Source of the DNA: Promethearchaeia archaeon
GTDB taxonomy: Archaea; Asgardarchaeota; Lokiarchaeia; Sigyniarchaeales; SOKP01
Length of the DNA: 56,235 nucleotides
NCBI GenBank assembly: GCA_029856145.1
Contig: JAHQWK010000006.1
Span: 1 to 56,235 of the forward strand
Direction of reading: 5' to 3'
In this document: positions 8,638 through 18,665 of the stretch, one piece after another
Layout: the number at the start of each line of letters is the position of its first letter
Numbering within the stretch: position 1 is the first letter of the stretch
Notes under the pieces: generated by a model
The model's input: only the letters and a program-made list of their open reading frames with translations
Told to the model about the DNA's origin: nothing
Database searches by the model: none
Position numbers and translations under genes: made by a program

Positions 8638-10200
8638 TTGGAAAGAAAATATATTTTAACTCATGACTTAGGAACTTCTGGTAATAAAGCTGTACTATTT
8701 GATTTAAATTTAAATGTCATATCTCAAATTAAAATAGACTATCCTTTATACTATCCAAAATCGGGCTGGGCAGAACAAAATGCAGACGATTATTGGGAAG
8801 CTGTGAAGAAAGCAACTAATATTTTAATTACCAAGAGTAATATAAACCAAAATGAAATTATAGCATTAGCATTCGATTGTCAAATGAATTGCACTATTCC
8901 GATAGATAATAACGGTAATCCTTTAATGAATAGTATTAGCTGGTTAGATACACGAGCAGCTCCATTAACTCGTATGTTTTCAAAAGGAATCATAAAAATA
9001 TCTGGTTATGGATTAAAAAATATACTAATGTTTCTCAAAATCACAGGAGGAGCTCCGGGATTTAATGGGAAAGATCCGATTTCTCATCTTTTATGGATTA
9101 AGGAAAATCGACCAGAAATTTATGAAAAAACTTACAAATTTTTAAGCGTAAAGGATTTTATTATATATAAATGTACCAAAAATGCTGTAACTTCAAGAGA
9201 TTTAGGTAATACTGCTTGGATGATGGATAATAATCCTGGTAAATTTGTATGGTCTGATAAAATTTTAAATAAATTTAAAATTGATAAAGAAAAACTACCA
9301 GAAATAAAAAAATCTATCGACATCGCAGGTGAATTATCAAGTGAAGCGTCTAAAGAACTAAATTTGAGATCTGAAATCCCTATTTTTGTAAGTTCTGGTG
9401 ATTTATCCTCAGCTGCATTAGGTTCGGGTGGAATTTTAGAAAATAAATTTATAATATGTTTAGGAACAGCAGATTGGGTTGCAACCCACACCTCTAAAAG
9501 ACTAAAAGATATCGCCCATTATACTGGTTGTATATGTTCTTCTCAAGAAAAATATTTATGCATTTCAAAACAAGAAACTGGTGCTAGCTGTCTAGATTGG
9601 ATTGTACAACAAATGTTTATAACCGAGATGGAAAGATATAAAGAGAGTCCTAATGAATTATACTTACATTTAGATTCACTTATTAAGAGAGTTGAAGCTG
9701 GCTCCAAAAACCTTATTTTCACACCCTGGATGTTTGGGGAAAGAAGCCCAATTAATAATCCAAATGTTCGAGGAGGTTTCTATAATCTAAGTCTTGAGCA
9801 TACAAGGGATGATATTTTGAGATCGGTGTATGAGGGAGTTGCTTATAATATAAAATGGTCCTTATTTTATTTAGAAAAGTTAGTGGGCAAATCTGATGAG
9901 ATTAATTGCATTGGAGGAGGAGCAAAATCAGATGCATGGTGTCAAATTCTAGCAGATATACTTGAACGAAAGATTGTTCAGGTGGAATTGCCTGATTTAG
10001 CTGCTGCTAAAGGTTCAGCGATTATTTCAATGGTAGGTTTAGGAATATTAAAAGATTTTTCGGAGGCAATTCCATTGATTAAAATCAATAAAGTTTTTAT
10101 CCCAAATATTGACAACAAAAAGATTTACGATAAATTATTCAATGAATATAAAAATATTTACAAAAGAAATAAAAACATGTTTAAGAAGTTAAATCTCTGA
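8638..10200 (+). CDS. FGGY-family carbohydrate kinase (xylulokinase-like)
   Basis: HDLGTSGNKA, GWAEQ, WLDTRA, FGERSP, IGGGAKSDAWCQILADIL. Confidence 0.9.
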   Translation: MERKYILTHDLGTSGNKAVLFDLNLNVISQIKIDYPLYYPKSGWAEQNADDYWEAVKKATNILITKSNINQNEIIALAFDCQMNCTIPIDNNGNPLMNSISWLDTRAAPLTRMFSKGIIKISGYGLKNILMFLKITGGAPGFNGKDPISHLLWIKENRPEIYEKTYKFLSVKDFIIYKCTKNAVTSRDLGNTAWMMDNNPGKFVWSDKILNKFKIDKEKLPEIKKSIDIAGELSSEASKELNLRSEIPIFVSSGDLSSAALGSGGILENKFIICLGTADWVATHTSKRLKDIAHYTGCICSSQEKYLCISKQETGASCLDWIVQQMFITEMERYKESPNELYLHLDSLIKRVEAGSKNLIFTPWMFGERSPINNPNVRGGFYNLSLEHTRDDILRSVYEGVAYNIKWSLFYLEKLVGKSDEINCIGGGAKSDAWCQILADILERKIVQVELPDLAAAKGSAIISMVGLGILKDFSEAIPLIKINKVFIPNIDNKKIYDKLFNEYKNIYKRNKNMFKKLNL

Positions 10201-11188
10201 AATAGGCTTTAAAAATACCAAGTTCATCTTTAATAGCCTTCGTTTTTTTAACTTCCTTATCAGGTCCTATAATTTTTGCAAAAGCTTCATTTACAATTTC
10301 AATATCTTTATTTGCCATAGGATTTATATAGGATTGATTTTCTAAATTTCCTTCCCAAGGTTTTAATTTTGGCGTAGATTCGATATATCTTAAATTCCAA
10401 TTAATTTTCTTTTTGTATTCTCCAGTTAATGGTTTTAAATTAACTTCATTCCATCTTTGAATAACCCATGGAGCATATTCATGAAGTTTGTCGAAATCAA
10501 ATTCCAGGTCATTTCTCCATTCATATTGATGATCCCAATTTCCAACTGCTAAATAATTCTCAATACCAGATTGTTCATAAGGAAAATATTTCCAAGAATC
10601 TCGATTTACATTTTCATCTTTAAAAGGTCTCCCTTCAGCATATTGAAAGAAAAACCCTAATCTTTCCTTAATTTGAAGATCTTCTTGGCTTAACTTTAAA
10701 TAAACTTCAATTTGAGTAATATCTATTTTACTTTTTATAACTTGATCTTGATATAATTTTAAAATTACATTCAACACTTCATTTGGATGACACTTTCCTG
10801 AAAAGATTGGATAATACGTAAAGCAATATAAGTCAGAATTACTTTCTGATCTACCTTGATAGATTTCAACCCAACACTCTAATGGCTTGATATAAACATT
10901 GGATTTGATAACGTTAATAATCAAAAATACATCAGAAATAAATAAAACAATTATAATAACGATAAATAGGATTAAATTAAAAAACATAGAGGCCAAAAAG
11001 TATGAGAGAGCAATATATATTAGCAAAAATCCCGCAATAAAAAAGAACGCTACTAGAGAAGAATAAGCTTCATGTTCCTTATCTCTTTTCGAATATAAAA
11101 TAACGGGGGCGTTCTCAGTTACGATATCTTTCCTATACTCATTTATAAACTCTTGAAACTCAACTTTAATCCATTCAGAATCAGACAT
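10181..11188 (-). CDS. Hypothetical membrane protein
   Basis: 335-aa ORF with two N-proximal TM helices. Confidence 0.65.
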   Translation of the reverse strand: MSDSEWIKVEFQEFINEYRKDIVTENAPVILYSKRDKEHEAYSSLVAFFFIAGFLLIYIALSYFLASMFFNLILFIVIIIVLFISDVFLIINVIKSNVYIKPLECWVEIYQGRSESNSDLYCFTYYPIFSGKCHPNEVLNVILKLYQDQVIKSKIDITQIEVYLKLSQEDLQIKERLGFFFQYAEGRPFKDENVNRDSWKYFPYEQSGIENYLAVGNWDHQYEWRNDLEFDFDKLHEYAPWVIQRWNEVNLKPLTGEYKKKINWNLRYIESTPKLKPWEGNLENQSYINPMANKDIEIVNEAFAKIIGPDKEVKKTKAIKDELGIFKAYFRDLTS

Positions 11189-11343
11189 ACTTAAGTGGAA
11201 AATGAATTTGTTTATTATAATTTGATTTTATTTCATAAAAAAATTGCTATATTAAAAATATAATAGAGTTTATCTTTAAATTTTAAGAAATAATTAATTC
11301 TTTTCTCTTTGTAATTTTTAATTGAGAGATTTCATTTCAGATA

Positions 11344-13671
11344 TTGAAGCTATTTATGGTAGATTTCGAAGAATTTTTGCACTTTATAAAGTCACAAGAT
11401 TATTATAACGATCAAATACACCATATTGAACATATTTCAGCTAAGGATGCCCAATTTGGTGAAATAGAAAGCCCACTCAGAAAACGTTTACAACGTTGGT
11501 TAGATATAAACAATATTAGACTATGGAACCATCAAGCAGAAGCAATCAATAAAATTCGTGAAGGAAAAAATACTATAATTGTAACTTCCACAGCATCTGG
11601 AAAATCTCTCTGTTATAATTTACCTGTTTTACAATCGATACTAGAAGATCCTAAAACTACAGCACTTTATATCTTTCCTACAAAGGCATTAGCAAGAGAT
11701 CAATTTACTATGCTATCAAAAATGCTTGAAGATACAAATATAAAACAAAATAGAATTGGTGTATATGATGGAGATGTGGGCCCTAATGAAAAAAAGCTAA
11801 TTTTGAATAATGCTAATATTATTTTAACCAATCCATACGGATTACATTTTTATCTCCCTTGGTTCAAACAAAAGTGGAGGAGGATTTGCCAGAATTTAAG
11901 ATATATTATATTGGATGAAATACATATTTATAGAGGTATTTTTGGATCTAATTTTGCTCTTCTACTCAGACGATTAAAAAGAATACTTGAAACATACAAT
12001 ATAAAACCTATATGGATATTATCAAGTGCTACTATTTATAATCCTAAAGAATTTGCCGAAAAATTAGTAGGTGAAGATTTTGTTATAGTAGATAAGGATT
12101 ATTCTCCCGCGGGTGCTAAAAAAGTGATTTTATGGGATTTACCATTTGATACCATATCTAAAAAATATCGTTCAGCTCATCAGGAGACGAAAAATTTATT
12201 TATTAGCCATTTAAGAAAAGAAATCCAAACATTAACTTTCACACTCTCTAGAAAAATGGCAGAACTCCAAGCAATATGGATAAGAAATGCATTACCGTCT
12301 CTAAAAAATAAAATTTTCAGCTATCGTGCAGGAATCAGTAAAAATAAAAGAAGAGAAATTGAACAAAACTTCAAGCAGAAGAATATTTGGGGAATTAGCT
12401 CTACTAATGCACTAGAGTTAGGAATTGATATTGGTTCTTTAGATGCGATTATATGTTCTGGATTCCCGGGTACCATCTCAAGTTTTAGACAACAAATTGG
12501 CCGTTCTGGAAGAGGTACTGATCTCTCAATATCGACTTTAATTCCAATGCAAAATCCTTTAGATCTCTTCTATATTCACAATCCTGATAAATTATTTGGA
12601 CCAATTCAAGAGGAAGTTCTAATTACATTAGATAATAAATATATTTTAAAGAATCATATATGTTGTGCGAGTAAAGAAAAACCGATAAGAATTGAAGATT
12701 ACAGTAAGTTCGGTGTTCAGAATAAAGATTTATTTGTCGAATGTTTGGAAGAATTAGTTTCAGAATCTTTGCTCATGAAAAGAGGAGATCGTTATTTTTG
12801 GAATAGTGATTTTTTTCCTAATGAAAAGTTTGGATTAAATAATCTTTCAAATCGTAGTTATAAGGTTTTGCTAAAAACGGGTTCAAGTGAAGAACTTTTA
12901 ACTGTTGAAGATGAAAGTTTCGTTTTTCGTGATTTGCACGAAGGTGCTGTTTATCTTTATGAAACAGAAACTTATCTAGTACACGAACTTGATTTAGAAG
13001 AACGATTAGTCTATTTAAGAAGAGCAAATGTTGATTTTTATACACAATCCTTAAAACATACAGATATCACTCCTCTTAATGTAATCTCAGAAAAAAAAGT
13101 AGGTTCAAACAAGAATATTGATGTATTTTTTGGAAACGTGAAAGTAGAGCATGAATATTACTCTTATAAAGTGCTTGATACTCTAACTCAAGAGATTCGC
13201 TCACGGCATCCTTTAGAAGATATTCCTCTTATTGAGTTTGAGAGTCAAGCTTTATGGCTTCTAATTCCTTTCGAGTATCAAAAAGACTTAGAATTAGCCG
13301 GATATGATCTCGGAGGAACTATTCACGCTATAGAACATGCCATGATTGCTATGGCACCGGGACTAGCTCAAATTTCTCGGTGGGATTTAGGTGGAGTTTC
13401 AATCGATTTTGATCCTGTTAAACAACAACCCATTATTTACATATATGATGCATATAGAGGAGGTATAGGGATATCTGAAGCACTTTATCACACTTTAAAT
13501 GAATTGTTAGAATTAACTTATAAATTAATTAATTCATGTAGTTGTAAAAGCTCTGATGGCTGCCCAGTTTGTATAATGAGCCCAAAATGTGGAAATAATA
13601 ATGATCCTTTAGATAAAGAAGGAGCATTATATCTATTAAAGAAGCTTACTAATTCTATATCTAATGAATAG
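11344..13671 (+). CDS. DEAD/DEAH-box helicase with C-terminal DUF1998 Zn domain (Hrq1/MrfA/SftH-like)
   Basis: TSTASGKS, PTKALARDQ, DEIH, SAT, TNALELGIDIG, QQIGRSGR; C-terminal CSC...GCPVC...KC; real start probably the ATG at 11356. Confidence 0.92.
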   Translation: MKLFMVDFEEFLHFIKSQDYYNDQIHHIEHISAKDAQFGEIESPLRKRLQRWLDINNIRLWNHQAEAINKIREGKNTIIVTSTASGKSLCYNLPVLQSILEDPKTTALYIFPTKALARDQFTMLSKMLEDTNIKQNRIGVYDGDVGPNEKKLILNNANIILTNPYGLHFYLPWFKQKWRRICQNLRYIILDEIHIYRGIFGSNFALLLRRLKRILETYNIKPIWILSSATIYNPKEFAEKLVGEDFVIVDKDYSPAGAKKVILWDLPFDTISKKYRSAHQETKNLFISHLRKEIQTLTFTLSRKMAELQAIWIRNALPSLKNKIFSYRAGISKNKRREIEQNFKQKNIWGISSTNALELGIDIGSLDAIICSGFPGTISSFRQQIGRSGRGTDLSISTLIPMQNPLDLFYIHNPDKLFGPIQEEVLITLDNKYILKNHICCASKEKPIRIEDYSKFGVQNKDLFVECLEELVSESLLMKRGDRYFWNSDFFPNEKFGLNNLSNRSYKVLLKTGSSEELLTVEDESFVFRDLHEGAVYLYETETYLVHELDLEERLVYLRRANVDFYTQSLKHTDITPLNVISEKKVGSNKNIDVFFGNVKVEHEYYSYKVLDTLTQEIRSRHPLEDIPLIEFESQALWLLIPFEYQKDLELAGYDLGGTIHAIEHAMIAMAPGLAQISRWDLGGVSIDFDPVKQQPIIYIYDAYRGGIGISEALYHTLNELLELTYKLINSCSCKSSDGCPVCIMSPKCGNNNDPLDKEGALYLLKKLTNSISNE

Positions 13672-13833
13672 AACCGTTCTTAATTTTTTTCATTGGAAGA
13701 TGAGTATTTCAAATAAATCTAAGGAATTTGAATTTAATGTAAAATATTTAAAGACTAAAATTATATTTATACATAACACCAGATAAAAACCTATAGAATT
13801 AAGTAAAATATTCATAATTATCGGGTATTTGGG

Positions 13834-14355
13834 TTGGCATATACTTCCACATTCAAGATAGTAATTTTTGGAGATTCACAAACTGGCAAAACCACATTAA
13901 CTCATAGATTTCTAACGAATTTATTTAAGCAAGATATAACTATGACCCTCGGTGTAGATTTTCACCTGAAGGCTCTTGAAGTCGATGGTGAAATGGTAAA
14001 ACTTCAGATATGGGATTTTGCTGGAGAAGAACGATTTAGGTTTCTCTTTCCATCGTATATTAGAGGTGCTAGTGGTGCTATTTTTATGTATGATATTACT
14101 AATTATGGTTCACTGGCTCATGCCGATGATTGGTTTGAAATTGTTGAGAATGAAATTGACTCTAAATTACCAATTGTTTTTGTTGGTGGGAAAACTGATT
14201 TAACTCATTTAAAGGAAATATCTACTAAAAAAGCGATGGATTTAGCGATAACAAAAGGTGCTGATGGATTTATTGAATGCAGCTCCAAAACTGGAGAAAA
14301 TATTCATAAAATTTTTAGCCTTCTAACAAAACTAATCCTTAAAGATAGGGATTAG
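13834..14355 (+). CDS. Rab/Ras-like small GTPase
   Basis: G1 GDSQTGKT, G2 TLGVDF, G3 WDFAGEERF, G4 GKTD, G5 ECSSK. Confidence 0.92.
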   Translation: MAYTSTFKIVIFGDSQTGKTTLTHRFLTNLFKQDITMTLGVDFHLKALEVDGEMVKLQIWDFAGEERFRFLFPSYIRGASGAIFMYDITNYGSLAHADDWFEIVENEIDSKLPIVFVGGKTDLTHLKEISTKKAMDLAITKGADGFIECSSKTGENIHKIFSLLTKLILKDRD

Positions 14356-14507
14356 CATTAATTATAACCTTTTTATAGCTTTAAATTTAAGGACTCATTT
14401 TTTATTTATTTTTTTTATTATTTGCTTTTCTATAATAAATTTTAATTGCCTAAATTTTATGGTTTATTAAAAAATTTTTTTTAAAACAAGCTGTTCCAAT
14501 AATAATT

Positions 14508-15014
14508 ATGACATCGCAAAAAAATCTCAAATGGGATGATCTTGTATCTCCAACAATGAACCCAGATGAATATTTAGAAACTTGCGGAAATAAAGTTAGA
14601 AAAGTCTATGAAAAATATCAACCAAAATCAGATATCCTTGATAAGATTAAAGAATTACTCAAGGATAAGAAAGAAAAATTGAGAATAGTTGCTTTAGGTG
14701 CCGATTGGTGTCCTGATTGTTCAAGAAATGTACCCAGTATGATAAAAATAACAAAAGCAATCAAAACAGAAGATTTTGATTTACAAGTTTTATATGGGAT
14801 AATGGTAAATGCATTACACAAGCCAGAAGAAGCAATTTGGCATAAAAAACGTTCTCCACCAGAGGCAAATGATCCAAAATTTGAATTAAGAGCTATACCA
14901 ACTTTCTATTTCTTTAACAAATCTGGTGAATATTTAGGTATGATCGTGGAAAATCCAGAATATCAATCGACTTTAGAAGAGGACATCTTGAAAATTTTAG
15001 GAATAAATTTATAA
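14508..15014 (+). CDS. Thioredoxin-family protein
   Basis: WCPDC active site, cis-Pro motif AIPTF. Confidence 0.85.
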   Translation: MTSQKNLKWDDLVSPTMNPDEYLETCGNKVRKVYEKYQPKSDILDKIKELLKDKKEKLRIVALGADWCPDCSRNVPSMIKITKAIKTEDFDLQVLYGIMVNALHKPEEAIWHKKRSPPEANDPKFELRAIPTFYFFNKSGEYLGMIVENPEYQSTLEEDILKILGINL

Positions 15015-15103
15015 TTAAAAGCAATCTTGTTTTTATGGCTTTTTTTCATATAATTTTTTGAAAATCATCAAAATTTAAATTATAAATAAGCCATAATAAT
15101 TTT

Positions 15104-17146
15104 ATGTCGAAATTAAAAGTTAAAAAAGTAATAATTTTCAAACACGGCGTATCTTATTATATTCTTGAGGGTATTCTAAAAGGTACAGGTAATTTTGAAC
15201 TTGAATTTAAAATTGATGAAATGAATGATATCTTAAAATCACTTTTTGTTTTAGATACAAGCGAAAAAGGATATATATCATCGATATCTTATGACGCTGC
15301 CTTAGAGACTCACCAATTACTAAAATCCATAATGTTGAACATTCCTGATCAAGATTCTTTTTCTTCTCTTGTAACCCAGATTAAAGGTGCTGGTGTAAAT
15401 ATAACAATTGGGGGCGCTAAAAAGGTTACTGGAAAAATAATGGGGATTGAATTTGTTGAAAAACTAAGTAAAGTAGATAAAATCATAGAGAAACTATTGA
15501 TCTTATTACAAGAAGATGGAACGATTACCAAATATAACTTCTCAGAAATTAAATCTCTTGAAATATTAAATGAAGAAATTAAAAAGGATTTGAAATTTTT
15601 CTTAGATACAGTAATCGCTGGAAAGAAAAAGGATGCTAAGAAAATTTTAATAAACTGTGAATCTGGTGGAGATGATACTAGTGAGAGAAACCTTTTGGTA
15701 TCTTATATTCGTGAAAGTCCAATCTGGAAAACTTCATATCGATTAATAATGAGTAAGCAACAAGCTCTAGATCAAAAATGCTTACTATCTGGTTGGAGTT
15801 TAATTGAAAACACCACCAATCAAGATTGGGAAGATATCAACCTCTCATTAGTTGCGGGTATGCCAGTCTCCTTTGTTTATGAATTCTACAGACCCATTTT
15901 CATCCAAAGACCTGTTATTCAACCACCTAAAATTTTAAGTGCGAGGCCCACGGAGATAGAAGAAGGATTAGAAATGGATAAATATAAGGATTATGCAATG
16001 GCAGAAATGGAAGCAAGGCCTATAGCAATGAAAAAAGCTAAAGCTGCTAGAACTGGAGCACGACCTCCTCCAGCACCTGCTGGTGGAATGGGTTATATGC
16101 AAAGTGTTATGTCAGATACAGAGATATATGATAAAGTGAAATCTCAAGTTAAAATGCAAACAAAAGATTTGGGAGAATTGTTTGAATATAATATTTCAAA
16201 TCCTGTAACAATTAAGCGAAAACAATCCGCTCTGGTGCCAATTCTCACAGAATCAATAAAAGCAAGGAAAATTTTACTCTATAATAAAAACGATCAGGAT
16301 AAAAATCCTAATGCATGTTTAGAAATCACTAATAATACAAATTTAATGCTCGAAAGAGGGCCTGCTACAATCATTTATGATGATAATCTTGCTGGTGAAG
16401 CTATTATTCCTTTCTTAAATAAAGGAGATACGAGATTGTTAAACTATGCTATAGAGCAAGCTGTAATTATTACCCATGAACAAAAATCTGAGAATTTAAA
16501 CGTGCATAGAGTTACATTTGGAAGTGGTTATTCTTATGAATATTACTATACTAACTTGATGACTACTTATAAAATTAAAAATAAGACAGATGAAGAAAAG
16601 GAATTATATCTCGATCATCCTAAAACTCATGATTACAAATTTGTAGAAAAGCCTGTTGAACCCGAAGAGACTGCTAATTATTGGCGATTCAAATTAACAT
16701 TAAAACCTAAAGATGCTGTCGTGTTTAAATTAAAAGAACAAAAAGAAAATTACTCAAGTAATTATCTATGGAATTATAGCAAAGAAGATCTTTTAAAAAG
16801 AGTTGGTTTCTATGTAAAAAAGAAATTTATTGACTCTGATCTGGAGACAAAATTAAAAGAAATTGCTCGATTAATTCAAACTTTAAACGATTTGAGATCT
16901 AAAGAAGATAAACTAAATGAAGAAAGAGATTTAATGACTGATGAACAAGTAAGGCTTAGAGAAAATATCTCGGTTTTAGGAGAAGATAGTCAATCTGTTT
17001 CATTAAAAGAACGATATATCAAGAAATTGAACAATCAAGAGAGCAGATTTGAAGAAATCAATAAAGAACTTAAAAATTTAAGCAAAGAAATCAAGGAGTT
17101 AAACTCTGATATCGAAAATGAAATGAATTTGCTCTCACTACCCTAA
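15104..17146 (+). CDS. DUF4139-type protein with C-terminal coiled coil
   Basis: VIIFKHGVSYY, MNDILKSL, PIWKTSYRL, ENTTNQDWEDINLSLVAG, GELFEY. Confidence 0.75.
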   Translation: MSKLKVKKVIIFKHGVSYYILEGILKGTGNFELEFKIDEMNDILKSLFVLDTSEKGYISSISYDAALETHQLLKSIMLNIPDQDSFSSLVTQIKGAGVNITIGGAKKVTGKIMGIEFVEKLSKVDKIIEKLLILLQEDGTITKYNFSEIKSLEILNEEIKKDLKFFLDTVIAGKKKDAKKILINCESGGDDTSERNLLVSYIRESPIWKTSYRLIMSKQQALDQKCLLSGWSLIENTTNQDWEDINLSLVAGMPVSFVYEFYRPIFIQRPVIQPPKILSARPTEIEEGLEMDKYKDYAMAEMEARPIAMKKAKAARTGARPPPAPAGGMGYMQSVMSDTEIYDKVKSQVKMQTKDLGELFEYNISNPVTIKRKQSALVPILTESIKARKILLYNKNDQDKNPNACLEITNNTNLMLERGPATIIYDDNLAGEAIIPFLNKGDTRLLNYAIEQAVIITHEQKSENLNVHRVTFGSGYSYEYYYTNLMTTYKIKNKTDEEKELYLDHPKTHDYKFVEKPVEPEETANYWRFKLTLKPKDAVVFKLKEQKENYSSNYLWNYSKEDLLKRVGFYVKKKFIDSDLETKLKEIARLIQTLNDLRSKEDKLNEERDLMTDEQVRLRENISVLGEDSQSVSLKERYIKKLNNQESRFEEINKELKNLSKEIKELNSDIENEMNLLSLP

Positions 17147-17211
17147 GTTTAAAAATCTTCTTTTTTTTTTGTTATAAATTTAAATCTTAAATTAATTTAC
17201 TTTCATTAAGA

Positions 17212-17916
17212 ATGGTAGGAAAAACAGAATTTGCTGGTTTTAGAAGTTTAATATACCGCAGTGGATGGCTTTACAATGCGGTGACTCGCAGATTATATGA
17301 CCAAGATACAAAATTTTACACAATTGCAACTATTATAGGTAAAGGACCAAAAAGAATTTTAGATTTACCATGTGGTACTGGATACCTAATGCGTTTTTTG
17401 CATCCAGCAATTGAATATGAAGGTGTAGATCTTAACCATCGATTTCTAAAGCGAATAAGAACAAAAGAATTGAAAAAAAGAAATATAAAATTGAAAAAAA
17501 TCATCATACAAAGAAAAAATATCTTCGATTTTCACGATTATCAAGGTGAAAAAAAGGATGTAATTGTACTATGTGATATCTTACATCATATTTACCCTAA
17601 ACATGTCGAATTAATTAATATCGCTAAAAAAATTGCTCAAAAAATTATTATTTGTGAACCATATGTCATTAAACCCAGAGAAATTTCCGCTCGTGATAAA
17701 TTATTTAAAATAGTGATATTTTTTGGTAAATACTTGCCAAAATCTTTAATCAAAATTGTTGATTTCTTATTTTTAGATAATGATGGCATTAATACTTATC
17801 ATAAGAGATCACAATGGAATCTTGATAAGAAAAGTCTTAGAGAATTTTATAAATCTATGGGATTTAATAATATACAAAAAATTTTAGATGAATATATTGC
17901 CATTTGGGAATCATAA
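17212..17916 (+). CDS. Class I SAM-dependent methyltransferase
   Basis: ILDLPCGTG motif I, YEGVDLN, DVIVLCDILHH. Confidence 0.85.
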   Translation: MVGKTEFAGFRSLIYRSGWLYNAVTRRLYDQDTKFYTIATIIGKGPKRILDLPCGTGYLMRFLHPAIEYEGVDLNHRFLKRIRTKELKKRNIKLKKIIIQRKNIFDFHDYQGEKKDVIVLCDILHHIYPKHVELINIAKKIAQKIIICEPYVIKPREISARDKLFKIVIFFGKYLPKSLIKIVDFLFLDNDGINTYHKRSQWNLDKKSLREFYKSMGFNNIQKILDEYIAIWES

Positions 17917-17942
17917 AGTTAAAGAGAGGATTGTTTCTTAAT

Positions 17943-18623
17943 ATGTTAAACATCACATTATCACTATGGGATACTGGAGGACAAGAACGATTTGATTTTT
18001 TTAAAACCGATTTCTTCAGAGGTGTTGCAGCTGTTGGTTTAGTTTTTGATTTAAGCCGTCCTGATACTTTTGATAAGATAGATGAATATTTCAATGAAAT
18101 TAGAGAACGTTCTGGGAATATCCCTATTTTTTTAGTTGGAAATAAGAATGATCTTATAAAAGATATTGGAGAAACAATCCCTAGAGAAAAAATAATTCAA
18201 AAAGTAAATCAATACTATTTATTTGATTATATAGAAACCTCTGCATTAGAAAATAAAAACGTACAAAACTTATTTTACCGATTAACAATTACAGCATTAT
18301 TAGATTTCAAAGCAAGACTAGGAGAAATAGAAGACACTAATCATTTTAGATTTAAAATTTTACTTACTGGTGCTGCAGCTGTCGGGAAATCATCCTTGAT
18401 TAGAACTTTTAATAAAAAAAGCTTTATAGAAGATTACAAATTAACCGTTGGTTTGGACTTTATGATACAGAATCTTGAAATTCTTGAGAAGAACCTTCCA
18501 AAAGAAACTCTTGAGCTAATTAAAAGATCGGTTAAAAGTTATAAAAAGCTTGTTAAAAAATCTCGCAAAAAAGAAGAAATAGATGAGATTTCAGAACCAA
18601 TAGAAGAGATTCAAAAGCATTAA
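17943..18623 (+). CDS. Circularly permuted Rab-like small GTPase (G3-G4-G5-G1-G2)
   Basis: WDTGGQERF near the N-terminus, then GNKND, ETSAL, then GAAAVGKSS and YKLTVGLDF; ATG at 17943 preferred over the overlapping TTG at 17904. Confidence 0.85.
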   Translation: MLNITLSLWDTGGQERFDFFKTDFFRGVAAVGLVFDLSRPDTFDKIDEYFNEIRERSGNIPIFLVGNKNDLIKDIGETIPREKIIQKVNQYYLFDYIETSALENKNVQNLFYRLTITALLDFKARLGEIEDTNHFRFKILLTGAAAVGKSSLIRTFNKKSFIEDYKLTVGLDFMIQNLEILEKNLPKETLELIKRSVKSYKKLVKKSRKKEEIDEISEPIEEIQKH

Positions 18624-18665
18624 CCGCTTTTTCATCATTTTTAATTCTAATTTTCTTACTCCAGA

